From Pseudomonas aeruginosa (GTDB taxonomy: Bacteria > Pseudomonadota > Gammaproteobacteria > Pseudomonadales > Pseudomonadaceae), in assembly GCF_001457615.1 (NCBI RefSeq), contig NZ_LN831024.1:2790001-2822000 (forward strand): 32,000 nt of DNA. The letters are read 5' to 3'. The notes below the pieces were generated by a model that worked only from the letters and a program-made list of their open reading frames with translations, did not search any database and was not told where the DNA came from. Both the position numbers and the translations under genes were made by a program. Shown in pieces: positions 1 through 10,732 of this stretch (its first letter is position 1; the number at the start of each line of letters is the position of its first letter).

Positions 1-126
1 GAAGGCATGGTGGTGGCAATGTTCCCCTCGCGGCGCGGGCTGTTGCCTTCGGTCCGCGCGCTGATCGACTTTCTCGCCGCAGGCTTCGCCGACGCCGCAC
101 AGCGCCAGTACCCGGCGCCGGGCTGA
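1..126 (+). CDS. C-terminal fragment of a LysR-family transcriptional regulator (partial at left edge)
   Basis: Frame from nt 1 reads EGMVVAMFPSRRGLLPSVRALIDFLAAGFADAAQRQYPAPG*, typical of a LysR substrate-binding-domain C-terminus (VRALIDFLA); stop at 124-126. Confidence 0.65.
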   Translation, partial: EGMVVAMFPSRRGLLPSVRALIDFLAAGFADAAQRQYPAPG

Positions 127-129
127 GGC

Positions 130-1773
130 TCAGCGACCGGCGCCCGGGCCGTAGAGTCGGAGCAGTTGCAGGGTCACGCCGTTGGACCAGCCGAAGCCGT
201 CCTGCAGCGGGTACTCGCCACCGCCGCCGCCGCCCTGGTTGCCGCTGATGTCGTATTTCTCCACCAGTTTTCCTTCGCGGTCGTAGACCTGCTGCACCTG
301 GGCGAGGAATCGCCGGCCGATGTCTTCCGCCAGGGCGTCCCGGCCGTAGGCGCGCAGGCCCTGTACGGCGACCCACTGCAAGGGTGCCCAGCCGTTCGGC
401 TCGTCCCATTGCTGGCCGCTGGCACGGGTGGTGGTGGCCAGTCCGCCCGGGCGCAGCAGTTGGGCGGCGACGCTGTCGGCGGTACGACCGGCGCGTTCGG
501 TGGAGGCCAGCCCGGTGAATAGCGGGAAGAGGCTGGCGGCGTTGATCCGCTCGATGGGCCGCCGGCGTTGCCAGTCGTAGTCGGCGTAGTAGCCCGCCGG
601 GTGCCAGAGGTGGTCTTCGATGGCCTGTCGTCGCTTCTCCGCGCGGGCGCCGTAGCCTTGCTCGCAGGCCTTCAGCGCGCTGCTGGCGCAGGCCTTGGCG
701 ATGGTTCGTTCGAGATGGTAGAGCAGGGCGTTGAGGTCCACCGGGACGATGGCGGTGGTGCGGATGCTGGCCAGTTCGCGGCCGTCGTCCAGCCAGCGGG
801 AGGAGAAGTCCCAGCCGCTTTCCGCGCCGGCCCGCAGGTCGCGATAGACCTCGCCCGCGGGGCGCTGCGGGGCGCGCGCGGCGGTCGCCCGGTCCTCCAG
901 GAAGGACTCCTGGCGCGGTGTGTCACGGTTGTCCCAGTAGCGGTTCAGCAGGCTTCCGTCGGCCAGTTTCACCACGTGCAGGCGCGCCTCGTTGGGGCGC
1001 AGCCCGGCGGAGCCTTCCATCCAGTAGGCGTATTCCTTCTGTAGCTGCGGCAGGTAGCGCCGGTAGGCGGCGTCGCCTTCGCGTCTTGCCTGGAGGTCCA
1101 CCATGTAGGCGAAGAACGGCGGCTGCGAACGGCTCAGGTAGTAGCTGCGGTTACCGTTGGGAATGTGCCCGTAGGTATCGATCAGGTAGGCGAAGTTGTC
1201 GAGCATGTCGCGCACCCGCTGGTGCTGCCCGCTCTCCGCAAGGCCGAGCATGGTGAAGTAGGAGTCCCAGTAGTACACCTCGCGGAAGCGTCCGCCGGGG
1301 ACCACGTAGGGTTTCGGCAGCGGCAGCAGGCTGCTGTGGGCCGGCACCTGCTCGTAGTGGCGGGTCAACGCCGGCCACAGGTCGCTGATGTGGCTGGCGA
1401 GATCGGCGCCCGCTTCCGGCGGGGCGGTCTCGACGCTGCCGGACTCCTCGAAGTTGCGGCCGACGAAGGCGCGCAGGTCGAAGCCGGGCCGCTCCCTCTC
1501 GCGCAGGTAGTCGGCGCGGATCCGTGCAGGCTCGCGCAGCGGGAGCGCATCGACGAAGTGCTTCTGGTCGCTGAACAACCGGCTTTCCTGCACCGCCTGG
1601 AACAGCTCGGGATAGGCTTCGTCGGGGGCGATCGCGCGTTCGCCGCTGGCGTCCTGCCAACCCCAGGACGAGGACGCGGGCGGGGTAGGCGCCGGGCCCT
1701 GGCTGCAGGCCGCCAGCAGGAGCAGGACCCAGGCTGCGAGCATGGCGCGGGGCAGAGCGGTTCGATCAGGCAT
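130..1773 (-). CDS. treA: Periplasmic/lipoprotein-like alpha,alpha-trehalase (GH37)
   Basis: Trehalase signatures: PGGRFREVYYWDSYFTMLGL, QWDEPNGWAPLQWVAVQGL, and a Gly-rich stretch GGGGGGEYPLQDGFGWSNGVTL. Start taken at MPDRTALPRAMLAAWVLLLLAACSQG (or the internal ATG at 1743). The ORF track extension to 2139 is unlikely to be coding. Confidence 0.9.
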   Translation of the reverse strand: MPDRTALPRAMLAAWVLLLLAACSQGPAPTPPASSSWGWQDASGERAIAPDEAYPELFQAVQESRLFSDQKHFVDALPLREPARIRADYLRERERPGFDLRAFVGRNFEESGSVETAPPEAGADLASHISDLWPALTRHYEQVPAHSSLLPLPKPYVVPGGRFREVYYWDSYFTMLGLAESGQHQRVRDMLDNFAYLIDTYGHIPNGNRSYYLSRSQPPFFAYMVDLQARREGDAAYRRYLPQLQKEYAYWMEGSAGLRPNEARLHVVKLADGSLLNRYWDNRDTPRQESFLEDRATAARAPQRPAGEVYRDLRAGAESGWDFSSRWLDDGRELASIRTTAIVPVDLNALLYHLERTIAKACASSALKACEQGYGARAEKRRQAIEDHLWHPAGYYADYDWQRRRPIERINAASLFPLFTGLASTERAGRTADSVAAQLLRPGGLATTTRASGQQWDEPNGWAPLQWVAVQGLRAYGRDALAEDIGRRFLAQVQQVYDREGKLVEKYDISGNQGGGGGGEYPLQDGFGWSNGVTLQLLRLYGPGAGR

Positions 1774-2131
1774 CGGCTGTCTCCTCTTCGGCAAACGCCG
1801 GGCGCGGATCGGTCGCCGGCGGGGTGCGCCTGGGGCGGCGCGGCAACCCGGCGGGAGGGCCGGGAAGGTCGCTACCCCTGTTTCGGTGAGTCGCGGCGCA
1901 CGAAGTTCCATCGGAAGGATCGCCAGCGTACCTATCGCTTCCGACAGGTCCTTGCGGATGAACTCCAGCGCTTCGCGCAGGTCCGTCGCAGAAGGGGCGC
2001 GAGCCCCCCAGTCGCCGTTTCGCCGTGCCGTTCCCCGCTGCCCGCGCCTTGCGCAGGGCCTCGGCGGTTCGAATCTCCTGCCCGTCCCTTCACGTCGGGA
2101 AGCCTGCGTTTCCCGAGAGGAGTGTTTCGCA

Positions 2132-2557
2132 ATGGCCACCGCACTACGCTTCAGACCGCTGGACGCCTTCTACAACGTCCTCAACCCGGTTCCCTTCGGT
2201 TTCTTCGTCGCCGCCCTGGTCTTCGACGCCACCTATTTCGCCACGGCGGAGGTGATGTGGGGCAAGAGCGCGGCCTGGCTGATCAGTATCGGCCTGCTGT
2301 TCGCCATCCTGCCCTGCGTCGTCGACCTGTGCCGCGTATGGCTGCTGCGGCGCGCGGCAGTCGTCGCGGCGGCCAGGGTTTCCTCCTTGCTGAAGTTCGC
2401 CGGCATCGTCCTGGCCATCTTCAATGCCTTCGTGCACAGCCGCGACGCCTATGCGGTGATGCCGGCCGGGCTATGGCTGTCGATCGCGACGGTGCTGCTG
2501 CTGGCGCTGGGAGAGGCGCTCCTGGCGGTATCCGCGGAGGAGGTGGCGCATGGCTAG
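2132..2557 (+). CDS. Small predicted inner-membrane protein (141 aa, several hydrophobic helices)
   Basis: MATALRFRPLDAFYNVLNPVPFGFFVAALVFDATYFATAEVMWGKSAAWLISIGLLFAILPCVV...; overlaps the next gene by 8 nt. Confidence 0.75.
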   Translation: MATALRFRPLDAFYNVLNPVPFGFFVAALVFDATYFATAEVMWGKSAAWLISIGLLFAILPCVVDLCRVWLLRRAAVVAAARVSSLLKFAGIVLAIFNAFVHSRDAYAVMPAGLWLSIATVLLLALGEALLAVSAEEVAHG

Positions 2558-3869
2558 CCTCCACTCGCTGCGTCCCGTCGCGCTTGCCCTCGGCCTGGCC
2601 CTGGCCGGCTGCAACCAGGGGTCGCAGAACGATCCGCAGCAGCAGACCGGCGCCAATCCGGCGCTTCCGGAACCGAAGCACTTCCTCCTGCCGCCGATGA
2701 AGGTACCGGAAGGCGTGGGCTGGTCGGGAGAGGCCAAGCCGACGGTGGCCCAGGGCCTGAAGATCGAGAAGATCGCCGATGGCCTGCAACACCCTCGCCA
2801 GTTGCTGGTCTTGCCCAACGGCGATGTGCTGGTGGTGGAGGCCAACTCGCCCGGCACCGCGCCGGTGACCACGCCGAAGCAACTCATCGCGGGGATGGTC
2901 AAGGGGAAGTCCGGCAAGGCCGGCAAGGGCGGCAACCGCATCACCCTGCTGCGCCGAGCCGGCGCCGGAGGCCAGTGGCAGAAGTACGTGTTCCTGGAAG
3001 GGCTGGACTCGCCGTTCGGCGTGCAGCGGGTGGGGGATTACCTGTATGTCGCCAATACCGGGAATATCATGCGCTACCGCTACGTGCCGGGTGAAACCCG
3101 GGTCGCCGACCCGGGGATGGAGTTCACCGACCTGCCGGACACCATCAACCACCACTGGACCAAGGCGCTGCTAGCCAGTCCCGACGGGCGCAAGCTCTAC
3201 GTGGGCGTCGGTTCGAACAGCAACATCACCGAGAACGGCGCGGCGATCGAATACCGTCGCGCGGCGATTCTCGAGGTGGACGTCGCCAGCCGCGGCAGCC
3301 GCATCTACGCCTCCGGCCTGCGCAACCCGACCGGCCTGCAGTGGGAACCGGTCTCCGGCAAGCTGTGGACCATCGTCAACGAGCGCGACGAGATCGGCAA
3401 CGACCTGGTCCCGGACTACCTGACCTCGGTACGGGAGGGCGGCTTCTACGGCTGGCCCTACAGCTACTTCGGCCAGCACCTGGATTCGCGGGTGAAGCCG
3501 CAGCGTCCCGACCTGGTGGCGAAGGCCATCGTCCCCGACTACGCGCTGGGTTCCCACGTGGCCGCGCTGGGCCTGTTCTTCTACACCGGCGACGAGTTGC
3601 CCGAGCGCTATCGCAACGGCGCCTTCGTCAGCGAGCACGGCAGTTGGAACCGCTCGCCGGTCAGCGGCTTCCAGGTGGTCCATGTGCCGTTCGCCGACGG
3701 CAAGCCCGCCGGTGCGCCGCAGCCGGTGGTGACCGGGTTCGTCTCCGCGGACGAGAAGCAGTTGTTCGGCGCGCCGGTGGGGTTGGCGCAGGCGGCCGAC
3801 GGCGCGTTGCTGATCGCCGACGACGTCGGCAATGCGATCTGGCGGGTGAGCGCCGCGGGCGCCGACTAG
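2550..3869 (+). CDS. L-sorbosone dehydrogenase / PQQ-glucose dehydrogenase-like beta-propeller lipoprotein (439 aa)
   Basis: Lipobox LALAGC; beta-propeller motifs GLDSPFGVQRVGDYLYVANTGNIMRYRY, LLASPDGRKLYVGVGSNSNITENG, FYGWPYSYFGQHLD, NGAFVSEHGSWNRSP. Confidence 0.85.
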   Translation: MASLHSLRPVALALGLALAGCNQGSQNDPQQQTGANPALPEPKHFLLPPMKVPEGVGWSGEAKPTVAQGLKIEKIADGLQHPRQLLVLPNGDVLVVEANSPGTAPVTTPKQLIAGMVKGKSGKAGKGGNRITLLRRAGAGGQWQKYVFLEGLDSPFGVQRVGDYLYVANTGNIMRYRYVPGETRVADPGMEFTDLPDTINHHWTKALLASPDGRKLYVGVGSNSNITENGAAIEYRRAAILEVDVASRGSRIYASGLRNPTGLQWEPVSGKLWTIVNERDEIGNDLVPDYLTSVREGGFYGWPYSYFGQHLDSRVKPQRPDLVAKAIVPDYALGSHVAALGLFFYTGDELPERYRNGAFVSEHGSWNRSPVSGFQVVHVPFADGKPAGAPQPVVTGFVSADEKQLFGAPVGLAQAADGALLIADDVGNAIWRVSAAGAD

Positions 3870-3934
3870 CGGCCCGCTCGACGGTGTCCGGGCCGGAGCT
3901 GGCGGTCCGGGCACGGTGCTGCGGTCCGGCGCAG

Positions 3935-3958
3935 TAAATCCGTGCGTCCCTCCTGCGT
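3935..3958 (+). promoter_or_regulatory. Iron-starvation (PvdS sigma) box upstream of pvdH
   Basis: TAAAT (3935-3939) - 16 nt - CGT (3956-3958), an exact match to the TAAAT-N16-CGT consensus, about 90 nt upstream of the pvdH ATG. Confidence 0.85.
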
Positions 3959-4043
3959 CTCCTGTGCATCCGATCCGCGAATGCCGCCCCTGGCGGCCGG
4001 ATCGCCGGTTGCCAGTGGAACACCACCACGCCTTGAGGGTTGA

Positions 4044-5753
<1,710 letters not shown>

Positions 5754-6518
5754 GTGGGCGGTACGCCCGTACGGCTGTTCTGCCTGCCGTATTCCGGCGC
5801 CAGCGCCATGACCTACAGCCGCTGGCGGCGCAAGCTGCCGGCCTGGCTGGCGGTGCGTCCGGTGGAGTTGCCGGGGCGCGGGGCGCGGATGGCCGAGCCG
5901 TTGCAGACCGACCTGGCGAGCCTGGCGCAGCAACTGGCGCGCGAGCTGCACGACGAGGTCCGCCAGGGCCCCTACGCGATGCTCGGCCACAGCCTCGGCG
6001 CCTTGCTCGCCTGCGAGGTGCTGTATGCCTTGCGCGAACTGGGTTGCCCGACGCCGCTGGGGTTCTTCGCCTGCGGCACCGCGGCGCCGTCGCGACGCGC
6101 CGAGTATGACCGCGGTTTCGCCGAACCGAAGAGCGACGCCGAGCTGATCGCCGACCTGCGCGACCTGCAAGGTACGCCGGAAGAGGTGCTGGGCAACCGC
6201 GAGCTGATGAGCCTGACCCTGCCGATCCTGCGCGCCGATTTCCTGCTCTGCGGCAGCTATCGTCACCAGCGGCGCCCGCCGCTGGCCTGTCCGATCCGAA
6301 CGCTTGGCGGCAGGGAGGACAAGGCCAGCGAGGAACAGTTGCTGGCCTGGGCCGAGGAAACCCGCAGCGGTTTCGAACTGGAACTGTTCGACGGCGGGCA
6401 CTTCTTCATCCATCAGCGCGAGGCCGAGGTGCTGGCGGTCGTCGAGCGCCAGGTCGAGGCCTGGCGCGCGGGGCAGGGCGCCGCGGCGTTGGCGGTGGAG
6501 TCGGCGGCGATCTGCTGA
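5754..6518 (+). CDS. Type II (external) NRPS thioesterase, alpha/beta hydrolase, 254 aa
   Basis: LFCLPYSGASAMTYSRW..., nucleophile elbow GHSLGALLACEVLYAL, active-site GGHFFIHQ. GTG start directly abuts the MbtH stop. Confidence 0.92.
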   Translation: MGGTPVRLFCLPYSGASAMTYSRWRRKLPAWLAVRPVELPGRGARMAEPLQTDLASLAQQLARELHDEVRQGPYAMLGHSLGALLACEVLYALRELGCPTPLGFFACGTAAPSRRAEYDRGFAEPKSDAELIADLRDLQGTPEEVLGNRELMSLTLPILRADFLLCGSYRHQRRPPLACPIRTLGGREDKASEEQLLAWAEETRSGFELELFDGGHFFIHQREAEVLAVVERQVEAWRAGQGAAALAVESAAIC

Positions 6519-6564
6519 TGCCCGCGAGGGCGCCATAGGCCCTGCGGCGGGTCCGATGTCGACG

Positions 6565-6602
6565 AAAAAAAGGCCGGGGAGCAGCGCTCCCCGGCCTTTT
6601 TC
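6565..6602. terminator. Bidirectional rho-independent terminator between the convergent thioesterase gene and fpvF
   Basis: A-tract + GGCCGGGGAGC (6572-6582) - AGC loop - GCTCCCCGGCC (6586-6596) + T-tract; perfect 11-bp GC stem with A/T tracts on both sides. Confidence 0.92.
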
Positions 6603-6617
6603 GTTACGAGGCGCGGC

Positions 6618-7535
6618 TCAGCCTTGACCGGCCAGCAGCCCTTCGACTATCGCTTTCATGTCGCTTTCCAGGCCGGCCACCGGGTCCGCCGCCTCGGTGT
6701 CCACCACTACCAGGCGTGCGCCGCTGGCGGCGATGGCATCGGCGAGGGGCTTGGGTGGCTGGCGATGGTGCAGGACCAGGGCGATATCCTCGCTCTTCAG
6801 CTCCTCGGCGAAAGCCTGGATATTGGTCTCGGTCCAGCCGTCGTCGGCCTGGATCTCCACGTCCAGCGGGTCCAGGTTGAGCCCGGCGAGCAGGTAGCCG
6901 AGGCGTTCGGAGAGGCTGATCACGCTGAGGTTGTCGGCCTTCGCCAGGCGAGTCTCGTTACTGGCGGTCGCTTCCAGCAATTGCTTCTTCAGCGTCGCCA
7001 GGTTGGCCTGGATGGTCGCTGCGGCGCCGGGCGCCAGGCGTTCCAGGTCGCTGGCGAGGACATCGGCCATGCGCCCCAGGTTGGTCGGGTTGAGCCAGGG
7101 GTAGGCATGCAGGTCGCTGCCGGGGCGCAGGGCGATGCCGGGCAGGGCGCCGTCCACCGGACGCGCGGCGTCGATCTCGACGATACGGATATTGCTACGG
7201 CGGGCCAGCGGGTAGAGCGGGTCGTCGCTCCAGATCGAGCGCAGGTCGATCACCGCGTCGGCCTGCCCGGCGGCCTTGGCCAGGCCGCCGGCGCCGCGCC
7301 CGGCGAAGAACGAGGCCTGGCGGCTGGCCGGCAGGTTGGCCGGGGCGACCCGTTGCAGCTTGACCTCGGTGTCCCGCAGCAGGCGTTCGGCGAGGGCGTG
7401 GGTGACCGGCAGGCTGGCCAGTACCGTGACTGGCGCGGACTGGGCCGCGGCCGGCGTCGCGGCGAGGGCCGGGAGCGGGCCGGCGAGTCCGGCGCAAGCC
7501 AGGGCCAGGGCGAGGCAATGGGGTTTCAGGTTCAT
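6618..7535 (-). CDS. fpvF: FpvF, periplasmic metal-binding protein-like (TroA/ZnuA superfamily), 305 aa
   Basis: MNLKPHCLALALACAGLAGPLPALAATPAAAQSAPVTVLASLPVTHALAERLL...; signal peptide and position directly downstream of the ABC permease. Confidence 0.88.
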   Translation of the reverse strand: MNLKPHCLALALACAGLAGPLPALAATPAAAQSAPVTVLASLPVTHALAERLLRDTEVKLQRVAPANLPASRQASFFAGRGAGGLAKAAGQADAVIDLRSIWSDDPLYPLARRSNIRIVEIDAARPVDGALPGIALRPGSDLHAYPWLNPTNLGRMADVLASDLERLAPGAAATIQANLATLKKQLLEATASNETRLAKADNLSVISLSERLGYLLAGLNLDPLDVEIQADDGWTETNIQAFAEELKSEDIALVLHHRQPPKPLADAIAASGARLVVVDTEAADPVAGLESDMKAIVEGLLAGQG

Positions 7536-8437
7536 CCGGGGGTTCCTTTCAGGTGCGGCAGGCAGCCGCGAGCGATGGCGGCGAGGCCGAAGGCCAGGCC
7601 GGCGACCAGGATGATCGCGGCGCCGGAGGGAATCGGCAGGTCGAACATGATCGGCAACAGGATACCGGCCAGCGTGCTGACGGTGGCGATCAGCACCGCC
7701 AGCCAGAAGAACCCTTTCAGCGACTGGCTGACCAGGCGCGCCGCCGCCGCCGGGATCACCAGCAGGGCTCCGACCAGGATCGCGCCGATCACTTTCACCG
7801 CGGCGACGGTGACCAGGGTCACCAGGGCCACGAACAGGTAGTCCAGGCTCTTCACCGCGACCCCGCGCACCGCCGCCAGTTGCGGGTTGAAGCTGGCCAG
7901 CATGATGCGGTTGTACAGCGGCAGGGCCAGGCACGGCACCAGCACGGCGACCGCCGCCAGCACCGCGAGGTCATGGCCGTTCACGGTCAGCACCGAGCCG
8001 AACAGCACGTTCTCGAGGATATGCACGTTGATCTTGCCCGCCAGCACCAGCAGCAGGCTGGCGCCGAGCGCCAGGGACACCGAGAGGAACACCCCGATCA
8101 GGGTGTCCGGGGCCAGGCCGGTGCGGTTGCGCAGGTAATTGAGCAGGACGCCGAACAGCAGGCAGTAGCCGAACAGGCTGCCGTAGGGCCCGGTGTAGGG
8201 CTCGCCGAGGAGGATGCCGATGGCCACGCCGGTGAGCGCGGCGTGGCCGACCGCCTCGGAGAAGAAGGCGAAGCGCTTGACCACCACCAGGGTGCCGAGG
8301 CCGCCGAGCACCGGGCCGATCAGCAGGCCGGCGAGGAGCGCGTTGACGACGAAGCCGTAGGCCAGGGTCTCCGGCAGGTAGCCGGCGGCGGCCCAGGCCT
8401 GGACGGCCTGGCGCAGTTGTTCGTAGGCGTCGTTCAT
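7532..8437 (-). CDS. fpvE: FpvE, ZnuB-like metal ABC transporter permease, 301 aa
   Basis: ...YGFVVNALLAGLLIGPVLGGLGTLVVVKRFAFFSEAVGHAALTGVAIGILLGEP...; start MNDAYEQLRQ at 8437 (the ORF track extension upstream is spurious). Confidence 0.92.
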   Translation of the reverse strand: MNDAYEQLRQAVQAWAAAGYLPETLAYGFVVNALLAGLLIGPVLGGLGTLVVVKRFAFFSEAVGHAALTGVAIGILLGEPYTGPYGSLFGYCLLFGVLLNYLRNRTGLAPDTLIGVFLSVSLALGASLLLVLAGKINVHILENVLFGSVLTVNGHDLAVLAAVAVLVPCLALPLYNRIMLASFNPQLAAVRGVAVKSLDYLFVALVTLVTVAAVKVIGAILVGALLVIPAAAARLVSQSLKGFFWLAVLIATVSTLAGILLPIMFDLPIPSGAAIILVAGLAFGLAAIARGCLPHLKGTPG

Positions 8438-9189
8438 CGGCTGGCCTCCGCGTTCTTCCGGGGCTGGGTGGAGAACAGCGTGAGCAGGCGTTCCGGGGTC
8501 AGGCTGCTGGCCGCCGGACCGTCGAACAGCAGGTGACGGTTGAGACCGCTGACCCGGTCGGCGAGGCGGCCGACGGCCTCCAGGTCGTGCTCGATCCAGA
8601 GCACGGTGACGCCGGCCTGGCGCCAGTCCAGCAGCAGCCGCTCGAAGACCTGGATGCCGCCCTCGTCGAGGGCCGACATCGGTTCGTCCAGCACCAGCAG
8701 TTGCGGCGGCGGTACCAGGCCCTGGGCCAGCAGCACGCGCTGGCGCTCGCCGCCGGAGAGGGCGCCCATGCGCCGACCGCGCTTGGCCAGCATGCCGACC
8801 CGTTCCAGGGCCGCGTCGATCGTCGGGCGCCGGCTGCGCGACAGGCCGAGGAAGGCCGGACGGCGCTGGCACATGGCAGCCATGAAATCGTCGACGGTGA
8901 GCGGCAGGCCGCGGTCGAACTCCAGCGCCTGCGGCACGTAGCCGATGCAGCCGGGCGCGCCGGGCCACTCCAGGCGCAGCTCGCCGCGATGCGGCATCTG
9001 CCCGAGCAGGGTCTTGACCAGCGAACTCTTGCCGCCGCCGTTCGGCCCGACCAGCGCGTGCACGCTGCCGGCCTCGACGCGCAGGCGCACGCCATCGAGG
9101 ATGCGGCTGCCGCCGAGGCTCAGGTCGATCCCGGCGAACTCGATGGCCGGCCCGCAAGGCGTGGCGCAAAGCCGTTCGGCTACGGTCAT
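8434..9189 (-). CDS. fpvD: FpvD, ABC transporter ATPase, 251 aa
   Basis: Walker A GPNGGGKSSL, signature LSGGERQRVLLAQ, Walker B LLVLDEP. Confidence 0.94.
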   Translation of the reverse strand: MTVAERLCATPCGPAIEFAGIDLSLGGSRILDGVRLRVEAGSVHALVGPNGGGKSSLVKTLLGQMPHRGELRLEWPGAPGCIGYVPQALEFDRGLPLTVDDFMAAMCQRRPAFLGLSRSRRPTIDAALERVGMLAKRGRRMGALSGGERQRVLLAQGLVPPPQLLVLDEPMSALDEGGIQVFERLLLDWRQAGVTVLWIEHDLEAVGRLADRVSGLNRHLLFDGPAASSLTPERLLTLFSTQPRKNAEASR

Positions 9190-10139
9190 GCGCCGGACTC
9201 CTGGATGGCGCGGACCACGGTGTCGAGGTTGCGCGCCATTTCTTCCTCGTACTTGCCGGCGCTGTAGTCGCCATAGGAAATGTGCGACAGCGAATAGAGC
9301 TTCACCCCGGACTCGCGCTGGATGGTCTCGACGTAGGTGGAGGGGAAGTCGATCTCGGAGAAGATCACCTTCACGTCCAGCGCCTTGAGCTGGTCGATGG
9401 TCTTCTTCAACTGGCTCGGACTCGGCTCGATGCCGTGGGCCGGCTCGACCACGGCGGTGACTTCCAGGCCGAATTCGCGCAGCAGGTAGTCGTAGGCGCC
9501 GTGGATGGTGGCGACGCGGAAGTCGGCGGCCGGGGCCTTGTTCAGCCGCGCCAGGGCGTCGGCGCGCAGGGCCCGCAGGCGCTTGGCGTAGGCCCGGGCG
9601 TTGCGGGTGTAGGCCTTGGCGTTGGCCGGGTCGAGCTTGCCCAGTTCGCGGGCGATGGTGTTGACCTGGGTGATCGAGGCGCTGATGGACAGGAAGGTAT
9701 GCGGGTTGACCACCTTGCCGGCGCCGCGCGCGGCCATGCCGGTGGCGGCCAGCAGCGGCACCTTGGCGTTCGCCTCGATCACCGGGATGCCGGGCTTTTC
9801 GCTGGAGGCGATCATGCGCTCGGCGAAATCGTCGTGGCCGACGCCGTTGAGCACCACCACGTCAAGCGTGCCGATGCGCTTGATGTCCTCGGCGCGCGGC
9901 TCGTAGGCATGCGGGTTGAAACCGGCGGGGATCAGCGGCACCACCTCGGCCTTGTCGCCGACGATGTTGCTCACGTAGCTGTAGTAGGGATGCAGGGTGA
10001 TGCCGATGCGCAGGCGTTTGCCGTCTTCGGCCTGGGCCAGCGGGGCGAGCAGGGCCAGCAGCAGGGCGGCCAGCAGGGCACGGCCCGGGAGGAGGGCGGC
10101 GAGGCCGCGCGGACGGGATGAGCGACGGGAGAACAGCAT
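9186..10139 (-). CDS. fpvC: FpvC, periplasmic metal-binding protein (ZnuA/MntC-type), 317 aa
   Basis: Start MLFSRRSSRPRG; GITLHPYYSYVSNIVGDKAEVVPLIPAGFNPHAYEPRAEDIKRI, VIFSEIDFPSTYVETIQRESGVKLYSLSHISYGDYSAGKYEEEMARN. Confidence 0.92.
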   Translation of the reverse strand: MLFSRRSSRPRGLAALLPGRALLAALLLALLAPLAQAEDGKRLRIGITLHPYYSYVSNIVGDKAEVVPLIPAGFNPHAYEPRAEDIKRIGTLDVVVLNGVGHDDFAERMIASSEKPGIPVIEANAKVPLLAATGMAARGAGKVVNPHTFLSISASITQVNTIARELGKLDPANAKAYTRNARAYAKRLRALRADALARLNKAPAADFRVATIHGAYDYLLREFGLEVTAVVEPAHGIEPSPSQLKKTIDQLKALDVKVIFSEIDFPSTYVETIQRESGVKLYSLSHISYGDYSAGKYEEEMARNLDTVVRAIQESGA

Positions 10140-10171
10140 GGAAAAACGCCTTCTGTGGAGTCGATGTGCGA

Positions 10172-10732
10172 TCAATGGCGGTGCTGACGGGTCACGCCGG
10201 CGTCGAAGCGGCTGACCACCTGGCGCCAGCCGGCATCGGCCAGGGCGCGGGCGTCGCCCGGTACGGCGCCGGCAGCGGCCGCGGCGGGCTTCAGCCAGAC
10301 TTCGGCGGGGCCGAGCAGCAGGAGGAACGAGCCGGCCACCCCGGGCTTGCCGCTGACGCCCAGGTAGCTCGGACGCCCGGCGGTTTCGCCGCGGCTCCAG
10401 CGGTGCTCGCCGCGACTGCTCGCGGCGACGTCGGCGACGAAGGGCGGGAAGCCCTCGGCGGCCAGTTCGTCGACGGAAGGCGCGGCTTCGCCGTCGTCCA
10501 GGCGCGCCTGGATGTCTTCGGCGGCGACCTGCAGGTCGGCGTAGATGCCCTGTTCGGCGGCATTCAGGTCGAGCCGGGCGTCCACCTGGTGGGCGTCCAG
10601 GGCTTGCGCTTCATGGGACTGCTGGCGCAGCCCGACCACCGTGGCGGCGAGGGCCAGGATCAGCACACTGCCGAGCAGTACGTAGAGGGTCTCGTGGCCG
10701 GCGCCGGCCGGGCGGACGGTTTCGACGCTCAT
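10172..10732 (-). CDS. fpvK: FpvK, predicted single-pass membrane protein of the ferripyoverdine processing cluster (186 aa)
   Basis: MSVETVRPAGAGHETLYVLLGSVLILALAATVVGLRQQSHEAQALDAHQVDARLDLNAAEQGIY...; position between fpvJ and fpvC. Confidence 0.8.
   Translation of the reverse strand: MSVETVRPAGAGHETLYVLLGSVLILALAATVVGLRQQSHEAQALDAHQVDARLDLNAAEQGIYADLQVAAEDIQARLDDGEAAPSVDELAAEGFPPFVADVAASSRGEHRWSRGETAGRPSYLGVSGKPGVAGSFLLLLGPAEVWLKPAAAAAGAVPGDARALADAGWRQVVSRFDAGVTRQHRH

Noticed and set aside
1165-2700. 511-aa plus-strand ORF across treA antisense, the intergenic region and the next gene
   Set aside because: It spans three unrelated regions in one frame, has no recognisable domain, and conflicts with well supported treA and the small membrane gene.
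6624-7841. 405-aa plus-strand ORF opposite fpvF/fpvE, and similar plus-strand ORFs opposite fpvC-fpvH (e.g. 7553-8536, 9282-10121)
   Set aside because: Antisense shadow ORFs; the minus-strand proteins have transporter motifs and coupled start/stop overlaps.
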